A DNA stretch of 64,000 nucleotides from NCBI GenBank assembly GCA_002269645.1, contig NIVC01004021.1, forward strand, positions 1 through 64,000. The letters run 5' to 3'. The notes beneath the pieces are model-generated. The model was not told where the DNA came from. It ran no database searches and saw only the letters and a list, made by a program, of their open reading frames with translations. The stretch is from Macrostomum lignano (taxonomy: Eukaryota). Below, piece after piece: positions 1-12,200 of the stretch (its first letter is position 1; each line of letters begins with the position of its first letter). The position numbers and the translations under genes are program-made.

Positions 1-2149
1 GTTGGCATACAAATAGCATTTTTCATTTGCAACTAACTCTTTAGCTTATAGCTTTTTTAGTTAACTAAGCAAGGCTTCACTTTGCCATTGAGACAAAGAT
101 TGCTATTTATGCCTGTTTATTATTATCATTTTAACATACTTGAAAAATAATTGGTCTGGTAATTATATATGAAACTAAGCTAATAACAAGTAGAAAGTTT
201 TGAGATTAATTTATTGAGTTGTTTTTATTATTAATTATACAGCCTTATAATATTTTTTCTTATTTATTCTTATTGCAAATGAAAATATATTTTATTTAAA
301 AAACCTTTAACCTAAGCCTTATTTTGTAATATATTTATATATAATTAATAATAGCTGGCATCTGCATTGCGTGTTTGCCTCTAGCATTGTAAAAGAGCAA
401 TCTTGATGCAGCACTCAGTCTTGCAATGGTCACTGGGATAATGCGCTGCTTATGCTACCTAGCCACATGACTCTGCTGCACTTCAATTGCACTGCATAGA
501 ATGGTCAAAAGATCACAACTCACATTTAACACAAAGAGGACTATGACAATACTAACAGCATTGGATTTCCTGTTTTTAGTCTCCTATCACGGCGCTAATA
601 CATGCTAATACAAGGTCACTATACCTGCTCCATTAAGACTAAGAGCAGCTAGAGCAGAATAGATGACACACACATTTACTGCCAGAATAATCCATTCCAA
701 ACAGATCCAGCCAAAATTGTACTCATCACCTTGTATCAATTGTGACATTCAAACATATTATGCAGTAATATGAGCTAAGACAGTAAATAGTAATATAGTA
801 ATATAAATATAATATAACATAATATTATATAATATAATATAATATAATCACTTTCTGGCAAATGCAAAGATCACTCGGACTCTACTTTATGAGCTTAAGT
901 TGATATAATATTCTCAATTATCCCCTTGCTTGTTCTCCCATATCCCAAGTTTGATTTTTGTCACCTTTTTTGCCAAACCCAGCTTTTTGGCATCACTGTG
1001 AGTAGAATTAGGTATCATTTGTGTGTATAGGTCACTTAGGCTTCATTTTAGCCTTAAGTTGATAGGCCCTTTATTGTTGCATTGTTGTTTGATAGGCCTT
1101 TGAGGGTAGTTCAAAAAGTTTTGTCATTCAGTAATTTCAAAAGTTTTTTTATAAATATGTTTTTAACATTGTAAAGTACTTTTATATGAAATATATAGGG
1201 TAAAATTTTTACTTTTTATGTCTTTTAACTGTATCCTTTCTCTACAAACTCTAAGCACTCCTTCGATTTTTAGCAAAATAGACAAGCAAGAATACTGAGC
1301 CCTCATTAATTTTTCACTCCGAAAGGGCTATAGCCAATAGCAATTGGAGAAGAGATCAAATCTATATACCCCATAACTTATCCTTCTCTGTGTACCATTA
1401 AATGACATTATAACAAATTCATATGTGGCAAGGTAAGCCTTGAAGATGATATCCACAATGGACAACTAGCTACTAGCACCAACTAGGAGAAAGTTAAAGC
1501 AATAGCCAAGCTGCTTGGTGAAGACCACCAAATTTGAGTTGCCACAATTGCACATACAACAAAAGCAACATAGGAGTTCCTTCAAAAGGGAGCTTAGAGA
1601 TTGTTTCTAGCCTAACAATCTCTGGCCACCAGCAATGGGTTTTTTGGGCCATACAAGGTTTTTTGGTCCTTGAAAATCTCATTAACAACTGGATTTTTGG
1701 CCTTAAAGGCCAGTCTAGTAATTTCATTTTCTTTAGGGCAGTTGCCAATTTTAAGAAATAATTTTGTAAGTATAACAAAAGTGCAATATGAATTGATATG
1801 ATAGAATTATTAGTTTGTTATTGTTTATAGCATAGATAGCAATCTTAGAGTTGAGAGAACAAATTTCTACTTTTTAAATGCAGCCTTGGAAATATCCAAT
1901 TCTATCTTCAAGAATTTGGCTAGGTCTAGTTGCCAATGGGCAACCAAAAATAGCCATTGGCAATTGGATTTTGAGCCCCAAAGACCAGCTAGCAATTAGA
2001 TTTCCAACTTTAAAAAAACCTAGTGCTAGTATTGCTAGATTGCAATTTGCTGGCAATAAGCATATTTAAATTATATTATCACAAATCTTCAAAATTTGTT
2101 GGGCCTAATATTTTATACCAGCTAGATGAGTATAATAAAATGGAGTCCA

Positions 2150-2825
2150 TGAAATTTGCTTACAAGAAGTTTGCTTACTAAAGTTTGCTTGAGGGACTTT
2201 TGCTTAGGCTATGGAATTTTGCTTGCCAATGCCAAACTTTGCTTGCTAAACTTTGCTTGCCAAACTTTGCTTGCCAAAGTCTGCTTAAGCGAATGTAAAA
2301 GCAAAAGCAAGCAAAGGCTTAGAAACTTTGTTTGCTTATAGAATTATGATTTTGTATGAAGATATGGTAGTTACTAGTCAGGTAGATTTGAAAAGCCCTA
2401 ATGCCTAACATAAAAATGGAAAAATTTAGTTTTTTATTAGGAATATATTTTCAACAAAAATTGGATATAATTTTGAACAATACACACATTGAATGATTTA
2501 GGCAACAAAATATATAGAATAGATTTTTAGCAAATAAATATAAATTATAATGTACCACTAATCTGTAAATTGCTATATATCATGACTCATAATAATATAC
2601 CCAATGCTTAGATACCCAAAGTTTGGCAAAGTTCCTGCAAGCAAATTTTGGCAAGCAAATTTCCTGCAAGAAAAGTTTGGCATGCAAAGTTTGGCAAGCA
2701 AAGTTCAGCAAGCAAAGTTTGGCAGGCAAAATTCTGCAAGCAAACTTTGGCAAGCAAAATTTGACAGATGGCAAGCAAAGTTCAGCAAGCAAAATTCCAC
2801 AAGAAAACTTCCCGCAAGCAAACAT
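2150..2825. repeat. Degenerate foldback: TTTGCTTGCCAAAC-type subrepeats at 2150-2290, inverted as GTTTGGCAAGCAAA-type at 2615-2825
   Basis: The same 13-14 nt motif occurs in opposite orientations either side of an AT-rich spacer. No TSD seen. Confidence 0.6.
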
Positions 2826-5091
2826 TGTATTCTCAATAAAATGATACGTAGCCTAGCCCTAGGCTAGGCCCTACAATCTAGATAAAAAACATATTGGAAA
2901 ATGCAAAGCTAACTCAATTCAAATCAAACATATGATGTGTAGGGCCTAGGAAGGTAGAAAATGAGTTATTAAAGCTTTATTTCATTCTTATTTTATACTT
3001 TCATCTGATTTAGACGAAAAAGATTCTTTATTGATTTTCAATGCCATGGCTTGTAGAATTTTCTTTAATTGATTATTGAATAAGAGCAAGGCGGTGGTTC
3101 GTTTAGTTGTTTATCAACGGAAATCAGATCGAAGAGAAAACAAGGGGAGAGTGAGTGATTTGTTTCACTGCCGCCGCCGTGTATTTATAGCTTTGTTATT
3201 GTCTTCCGGAAATTTCTAGAAAGATTTAGCTAATTTTAACAAAGCGAAATAACCCTTTAATTATATACGTTACGAAAATACGAGTAGAATATTAACAGTT
3301 AAGTAATAAATAATTATTTACTATTTATATGCGTATGTTATAGATTAGCTGCTAACTCAAAGAAGTTTCTGGAAATATAAATCTTTTTGACTTTAGAAAT
3401 CTAACGAAATTTCGAGAAAGTTATTAAAGTACGCTACGGGCTCTTCGTCTTGCTTGCTAGTCCAAATTAAAAGCCACACAAGTGGCTAACACTAACACTA
3501 TCTGTTTGTGCACTAATAGCGAGCAAATGTTGCATAATATTAATAGGGACCTATATGTACTAGAAAACAAATGTACAAAATTTTGGTGTGATTTAGCTGT
3601 TATGTCAACAATTTTTTGCGCATGCATAATAGTAAGTCAGTTAGTCAGTAACCAAGTTATAGTTAAATACTCAGTCTTCTCATTTTTTCCTTTTTGTCAG
3701 ACATTTCCAACAAAAATTATCAAAAAAATTAACTTAAGATATCACAAAACTTTTACAACTGCTTTAAAGCAAGTTTTAGTTTTACGTAAAAACTTTTTTT
3801 AATAAAAAGTTTAAAAATTATTAGTTGTTTTGTTTTTGAATTAAAAATATAAGTTGCAGTTGTTTTAGCGCGAAAGAAACGGCTTTTAAATCAGAAATAC
3901 TGAACAACTCAAAACAGTCTGTATACAACTAATACAAGTAAAGACGGCATGCGGAAAGTTTAGATGGTTAGTCTTTGTTTTCCCAGGATATTTACTTCCT
4001 CATAAAAATCATTGTATAATTTTGATAGCACCTTAGAACTTAATTAATGTAATCAAATAAGGCTTGGATCTACAATTAATGATGAGGACCACACTTGTCT
4101 ATTTGAATCTTAGACTACGGACCTAGTCGAGTTTTAATCTCCTTCTCTTTTACTCTAAGTAATTTCCCAGTCTATCAGTATGAAAATCATGCAAATCGTC
4201 TTTCAGACATCTACTTTAGTGCATTCCAATTAGTTAGCAAAGTGGGCAAAAATGAATAATTACATGTACATCGTAGGTAGAATATACATCAGTGCTATCT
4301 GTTGACGAGTTAACAGATTTTAGCCTAAGTGTGAAAATACTTATACACATTTATTTACTTTCTGGAAATTCAAATGTCCATTCAGCAGTGCATATAAGAG
4401 AATCTCCAAGAGAGACACACCTAGCTCTGATCGAAAAACTCTTCTCTGTACCTGCATGAAATGCAGTAACATTACACGCAGTGTCTTTTGTTATCGGCTA
4501 TGACTCTGAGATGGAAAGCTAACACTATCTGGCATGTAAGTTCAGAACCATTCTAGTCAGAAGCCAGATTTCGATAGAGCTGGTTAATTTGGCGACCGCG
4601 TGAGTGACGGTAGATTAGATAATCTAAATTAACTAACCATACACATTTAATTGCAGCCTGTTGGTCTCTCGCGGTCATTGGTATACAGGTATTGATTAAG
4701 ACTCCTATCTCAAAGGGTTAAGAGGGCGAGCCCATCAGTTAGTAGTTTTTATTCAGTCAACTTTTGGAAGTTTTTTATTTTTGGTCAAGGAAGGCTGCTG
4801 ATAATTTTTTCACATTATATGTACAGTGTAGTTGTAAAATCATGCACTTCACCTACTTTTTATGTTATATTTTGTTTTAAAAGAGTGTCGCAGTCTTGCA
4901 GACTTCTGAATACTGTACGAGCGTACATACACATTCCTGGTACATGTACACTGTAAAATACACGTGTCTCGTAAAACTGAAACACCAGGACTGTAAACGT
5001 AAGAAGCGCAAATTATGTCTATTAAATTTAAATATAAAAGTAGATCGCAAAGATATTGTATTCATTGCACTCTCGTAAGATGCGTTCCCAA

Positions 5092-5902
5092 TCACTGGCA
5101 GTCAAATGTCACTGGCAGTCAAATGTCACGGCAGTCAAATGTCACTGGTAGTCAAATGTCACAGACAATCAAATGTCACTGGCAGTCAAATGTCACAGAC
5201 AGTCAAATTTCATGGCAGTCCAATGTCACTGGCAGTCAAATGTCACTGGCAGTCAAATGTCACTGGCAGTCAAATGTCACTGGCAGTCAAATGTCACGGC
5301 AGTCAAATGTCACAGACAATCAAATGTCACTGGCAGTCAAATGTCACAGACAATCAAATGTCACTGGCAGTCAAATGTCACTGGCAGTCAAATGTCACGG
5401 CAGTCAAATGTCACTGGCAGTCAAATGTCACTGGTAGTCAAATGTCACAGACAATCAAATGTCACTGGCAGTCAAATGTCACAGACAGTCAAATTTCAGG
5501 GCAGTCCAATGTCACTGGCAGTCAAATGTCACTGGCAGTCAAATGTCACTGGCAGTCAAATGTCACAGACAATCAAATGTCACGGCAGTCAAATGTCACA
5601 GACAATCAAATGTCACTGGCAGTCAAATGTCACTGGCAGTCAAATGTCACGGCAGTTAAATGTCACTGGCAGTCAAATGTCACTGGTAGTCAAATGTCAC
5701 AGACAATCAAATGTCACTGGCAGTCAAATGTCACAGACAGTCAAATTTCACGGCAGTCCAATGTCACTGGCAGTCAAATGTCACTGGCAGTCAAATGTCA
5801 CTGGCAGTCAAATGTCACTGGCAGTCAAATGTCACTGGCAGTCAAGTGTCACTGGCAGTCAAGTGTCACTGGCAGTCAAATGTCACTGATAGTCAAATGT
5901 CA
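5092..5902. repeat. Minisatellite, about 17-bp unit GGCAGTCAAATGTCACT, downstream of the TEP stop
   Basis: Direct tandem periodicity of 16-17 nt; it generates the overlapping repetitive ORFs at 5015-5921. Confidence 0.97.
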
Positions 5903-6282
5903 GACTGCCGCTGATGATTAGCATATATAATTTTAGGTTTTACAATTTTGATCATCTAGTCTGGCTATACAATTGCATTTGTAGCTCGCACTTACGGTGC
6001 TTGAACTGCCTAAATCGTATAACTGATTACATGTAGAATATTTAACCCATTTAATGCTTTAGACTACACATGAATATTGGTAAGGAGAGACGGTCGATTT
6101 GCTGTTTAGAAGTTTTTGGAAGAAAAAAGCCTGTATTTTGCGACGCTTAAGTCCGAGATATCCGCTCAAATTTGAGATGGAATCTGGATTTCATACACTA
6201 CCAAATATTGTTACTCCTATTGATTAAAACAAAAAGTGAGCCTATTCGTTATGCTAGGTTATATTGTCCGGGACGCTTTGGT

Positions 6283-9200
6283 TCATGGCGACGGCGGCGG
6301 CGAACATCCCGGACAGTCTGGACAGGCCTGGCACCGGCCAACCGACTGCAAAGCCGGGTCCAAGTAGAACACCGTGTTGACCAGCTCTGAATTAGTCAGG
6401 TTCGGGATATTTGAAGGTGACAAGTTTTTGGATAGACAAATTAGCCACTGAAAGTAGAAATATAGGAATTCGGCGATAAAAAATCGTCTTAAGTAAAAAA
6501 TATCGCTTTCATTAAGTAGTTCAGTGTAGTTGAAGGTTGCACGCAAACACACACGCATAAACTACACACTTGTATGTAAATATGTACATCCAAAAGCGTA
6601 ATACTACAAAAGCAACAATTATTAAGCATACTAACCTGGATTATAGTACTTTTGCAGCGTAATCTTCTGCGGCTGGACATCCAGCACCGGGACGTCCCGC
6701 CTCCAGGCCGACTGGACGCAAACTTCCTTCTTTGCCATTAGCTGCAACCGAAAAATTCGGCACAATGAGAATACTGGCATATGGAATGTAACAATTCAAA
6801 TTCAAAGATTCTTCTTCTCTCTCATCTCCTTTCAAGTCTCTTCCCTCTTCCTTCTCCTTCCCTCTCTCATCTGGCAAGCAGTCATAAGCTCGATTCTTCA
6901 TCTGACTGCAAGCCAACCCACCCGGTCAAAGTAGAAGACAATCTGCAGCGGTCCCGCCTCAACCAGCTGCAGGCCGGGCACAGCACCAGCTCTGGTGAAC
7001 TCCTCCGGCGAGTAGCCGCTAGGGGAGCTGATGGTCAGGATGTACATGCCCTGCGTGCCGGAGGCGCGGGCGCACACGCTGAATGCGAAGGCCGCTCCTG
7101 GTGGCACCTTCGGCGGGGCGGCCAGACGGAGGCCGAGGCCGGAGCTCTCCGTCCAGTCGGCAACGAGGCTGCGGCGCTCCGGATCGCGCAGGTTGAACTG
7201 CCAGGCCGCGGTCGCCAAGGCGATGCCGGTGCCCTCGGCGCGGACGGTGACAGAGGAGAATTCAGCGGCGGCGTCGCCGCGGCCAAGCAGACGGCGGCGA
7301 ACAACGCGACGATCGTCGGGTTCGATGTTGACCACGGTGCTGGAATTGGTGGCGGCGACGGCGGCGGCTTTGGCGAAGATTTCAATTCGGGCCCGAGTCG
7401 GTCCGGAGGCCCCAGTGGCCGTGGCGAAGGCGGCGATGGCGCGGATGCCGACCACGGTGCTCTGCGTGTCGTGGAAGCCGCCCTGGTCCGTCTGCTTGCT
7501 GACCAGCCATTGCAGGGCCGGCAAAGCCGCCTTGGCCGCCGCGGCTTCGCTGCTCGACTCGGCCAGCAGGGCGGTGAGGACGCCGTAGGCGGTGACCTCC
7601 ACTGAACCCTGCGAATCCGTGACGCAACAAGAATAAAATTTAAATGGAAACAAGTGTTATTATAGCTACTCTAAGCACAAGCACCACTAGAGTTTAAAAG
7701 AATATGAAATTCATGCATATTTTTACTCTATACGAGCGTATGAAGGACGCAAGGTTTGCAGAAACAGAGAACATCTATTGTTCCGACAAAAAGCAGTGAA
7801 ATTCTCAACTATTGGTGTTTATACTATTGATCGTATCTGAGGCTTGCTAGAGTCGCTGTAGAGCCACTGCGTTGCGTTTAAAGTGCATCTGCGTCACTGA
7901 CTTTACATGTAGTAATTATTCAATAGAATCGAATTTCGCATTGGTAAAAACTCTACGAGTATCTTTACTGCAGGAGGACTTTTTCGCGACTTTTGAGATT
8001 CTACAACGCACGTGATACGCTCGTGACTCAACAACAGTCGCCTCTCCGTCGTATTGCAGTCGTCTGAGTTGTTAAAAAGTCGCATGAGCCGCCCAAAAGT
8101 CCTTAGAGTCACCAGTGAGTTGTTTGCAATGGCCCTGGAGTGACTATTGTTACGGTGACAACGCTTTCATCGGGATTAGTCAATTGAACACTAACCTGGC
8201 AACCAACTCTGCTCAACTTGCAGCGTTTGAAAGATCCAACTGACCGCTGCAAAATGCCTAGAAACTGTCAAGAGGAGTTCCCGCCTGGCAAGCTCACCTT
8301 CCAGAAGTACAGTCTCGCCGAGTGGTCACTCTCGGCGAGGGCATTGAAGGCCTCCCAGACGCGCTTCGCCAGGCTCTTCGTCGCGTCTCCTCCTTCGCCA
8401 GCCAGTCGGGCGCGCCATAAGAAGTAGGCGGCCAGCGCCATGTCGCGCGTGTCAAAATCGGCCAGCCGCTGTTTGAACTCCAGCTTAAAGAGGTCGACGC
8501 AGCGGCGCAGCGCGTTGGACACGGGCAGCAGCGGCCACTCAGGCGTCCGCAGGGCCGGCAGCAATTCCACAGCGTCTCGAACGTCCATCAGTGCGGAGCA
8601 GATGAAGGCCGACATTCCAAGAGAGGCTTTGCCGGCTTCACCTTGCAGGCTGGTGTCCAGCACCCGAGCGCCCTCGGGCTCGGTGAAGCGGCCAGACGGG
8701 TCCTGGCGGCTCAGCAGGAACATGATCGAGTTGCCCGTCACCGCAGCTGGGTCCACCGCGATGAACTCGGCCGCCTGGGCGTACACGCTGAGCACGAAGG
8801 CAGTCAGCCAGACGCTGCCGGCTGCGTCGGCCTTGCCGAAAGCGCTGTAGGAGCCGTCGTCCCGTCGGTAGGTCAGCTCCCTCTGGTAGCCGGTGCGCAT
8901 GGCGTCCAGGGCCTTCTGGCGCAGGCGGGCCGTGGCGGAGCTGTCGCTGCCCGCCGAACGGAGGTACCGATAGATGAAGACCGCGGGAGCGAAGTCCACC
9001 ATGTTCTGCTCGCCGCAGCCGCGCGGAGTCCGCACCAGCCCGCCGATGCCGTCCATGGCCGGGCCGAGGACGTCGCCGACCACCGACACGGACAGGAGCT
9101 GGGAGCCGGGCACCAGGATCGACCCGTCCGCCTGGACCGCCTCCGGCCAGTAAATTTCCACCATCTCGGCGCTTTGAACCGTCTCGGCGGACGAATTGCT

Positions 9201-12200
9201 ACCGGTTGGATCGCCCCGCAGGCTCAGCAGGGCAGTGACAGCCCGCCTCACCGTGCGGCCCTCCGGAAGCACCGGCAGCGTACGCGTCACCTCGTCAACC
9301 TCGGCGCGACCGTCTGGCCAGGTGGCTCTGCCAGGTTGAGGGATGCGGCGAACTCTATGTGTATGCGCTTTGATGCGGCACACATCATCTACCACACATC
9401 TACTACACATCTACCACACATCTTTAATCAGTCTATCCGCTTTTCTCATTAATCTATTCACATCTCTAGTCTCAACCCCGCTCACCTGGCCCGCACGGTG
9501 ACCGCAGCCGCCTCGGAGACCAGTTTCGGTCGCAGGCCGAAAACCGCCAATCCGACGCCGTTTGCCTCCACATTGACAATCGCGTGCTCAGCGGGCTGTC
9601 CAGCGGCCGTCAGCGCCGTCAGTTCGAAGGCCTTCGAGTCGATCAACAGGGTGGCGTTGATGGTCAGCCGATTGGAGGAGTCGAAGTTGAACAGCAGCAC
9701 CCGGAGAAGCAGCGACTCGCCGCGGATCAACGAGTGCGGCAGCGTCAGCTGGGCGAAGAATCTCTTGAAGCTCGTCACCTGGAAGGGGCGCTGCACCGTC
9801 TGGATGGCGTGCCGGCTGGAGATGCCGAACGCCGTCAAATCCCAGCTCGTGATGGTGTCTGGCAGTTGCAGAGATTCGCTGGCCCGGCCTGAGGCACTGC
9901 ATTGATGGAGATTGAGTTTGAGTAGGATCACAGAGTTCGAGTTTGAGTAGGATCACAGAGTTCGAGTTTGAGTAGGATCACAGAGTTCGAGTTTGAGTAG
10001 GATCACAGAGTTCGAGTTTGAGTATAGGATCACAGAGTTCGAGTTTGAGTATAGGATCACAGAGTTCGAGTTTGAGTATAGGATCACAGAGTTCGAGTTT
10101 GAGTAGGATCACAGAGTTCGAGTTTGAGTAGGATCACAGAGTTCGAGTTTGTGTATAGGATGACAGAGTTCGATTTCGAGTAGGATCACAGAGTTCGAGT
10201 TTGTGTATAGGATGACAGAGTTCGATTTCGAGTAGGATCACAGAGTTCGAGTTCGAGTAGGATCACAGAGTTCGAATTTGAGTATAGGATCACAGAGTTC
10301 GAGTTTGAGTATAGGATCACAGAGTTCGAGTTTAAGTAGGATCACAGAGTTCGAGTTTGAGTATAGGATCACAGAGTTCGAGTTTGAGTATCGGATCACA
10401 GAGTTCGAGTTTGAGTATCGGATCACAGAGTTCGAGTTTGAGTAGGATTACAGAGTTTGAGTTTGAGTAGGATAACAGAGTTCGAGTTTGAGTAGGATCA
10501 CCGCACACAAAGCCAAGTACAGTAGGCTCACTCAGTCTCCACCATAGTCCAGAGCATGGTCTCGGGAAAGTAAGTCCTCTTCTGCGATTTCTCAGGCTGA
10601 GCAGGTGGTGAAGGACCTTCAGGCGCATGGGCTCGATTTATCGAAAGAGACATCATCGGAGATCCTTCATCGAACAGACGCCTCCGTTCGAAAATGGGTC
10701 TCTGGTACCTTTCTAAAACAAGTAGTTTAACAAGTAATTTAGAAATTTATTCATATTAGACTACGTATTCCGTCACAAAATATATAATCTGATGCTTTAG
10801 CTATACCCAATTCAAAAAATCCGTCAGTTAACAGATGCAGATTCAACGTCTAAAAATGGAAATCAGCCGTCAGGTTTAACACAGTTATTACCTATAGGTA
10901 GATTAAAGTTTATTGAGCAAGGCGCGCCTCACCTTCAGCACGCTGCCTGTGGTGAACACCCGAGACCAGCGAATCCAGCTCTTGAAGGCGCGAACGCTGC
11001 CCTTCAGCTTGCCCGTCACGGTGTCCTCAAGGATGTCCTGGCTGCTGCGGATCAGATTCACGCTGGCATCGATGCCAGTCAGGAACACGAAGCTGTTCGG
11101 CGGGCCGGCGATGCCGATGCGCACGCCTGCCTGCGGCTCCCCGGTGTTTTCCGTCAGGTTGCTGCTCAGCTTCAGCTGCGGGCGGGCGGGCGAGCGGCAC
11201 AATGCGATCATCCCTGCTGACTGCCCGGCCACCCAGTGCGATCATCCCTGCTGACTGCCCGGCCACCCAGTGCGATCATCCCTGCTGACTCCCCGGCCAC
11301 CCAGTGCGATCATCCCTGCTGACTGCCCGGCCACCCAGTGCGATCATCCCTGCTGACTCCCCGGGCAACCAGTGCGATCATCCCTGCTGACTCCCCGGCC
11401 ACCCAGTGCGATCATCCCTGCTGACTCCCCGGCCACCCAGTGCGATCATCCCTGCTGACTCTCCGGCCACCCAGTGCGATCATCCCTGCTGACTCCCCGG
11501 CCACCCAGTGCGATCATCCCTGCTGACTCCCCGGCCACCCAGTGCGATCATCCCTGCTGACTCCCCGGCCACCCAGTGCGATCATCCCTGCTGACTCCCC
11601 GGCCACCCAGTGCGATCATCCCTGCTGACTCCCCGGCCACCCAGTGCGATCATCCCTGCTGACTCCCCGGCCACCCAGTGCGATCATCCCTGCTGACTCC
11701 CCGGCCACCCAGTGCGATCATCCCTGCTGACTCCCCGGCCACCCAGTGCGATCATCCCTGCTGACTCCCCGGCCACCCAGTGCGATCATCCCTGCTGACT
11801 CCCCGGCCACCCAGTGCGATCATCCCTGCTGACTCCCCGGCCACCCAGTGCGATCATCCCTGCTGACTCTTCGGCCACCCAGTGCGATCATCCCTGCTGA
11901 CTCCCCGGCCACCCAGTGCGATCATCCCTGCTGACTCCCCGGCCACCCAGTGCGATCATCCCTGCTGACTCCCCGGCCACCCAGTGCGATCATCCCTGCT
12001 GACTCCCCGGCCACCCAGTGCGATCATCCCTGCTGACTCCCCGGGCAACCAGTGCGATCATCCCTGCTGACTCCCCGAGCAACCAGTGCGATCATCCCTG
12101 CTGACTCCCCGGGCAACCAGTGCGATCATCCCTGCTGACTCCCCGGGCAACCAGTGCGATCATCCCTGCTGACTCCCCGGGCAACCAGTGCGATCATCCC

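Noticed and set aside
6781-9956. Long + strand and alternative-frame ORFs (6781-7605, 7031-7588, 8643-9452 and others)
   Set aside because: They are shadow frames of GC-rich TEP exons, with no motifs or splice support. The same applies to 63056-63790 and the antisense ORFs over the cyclin and MED17.
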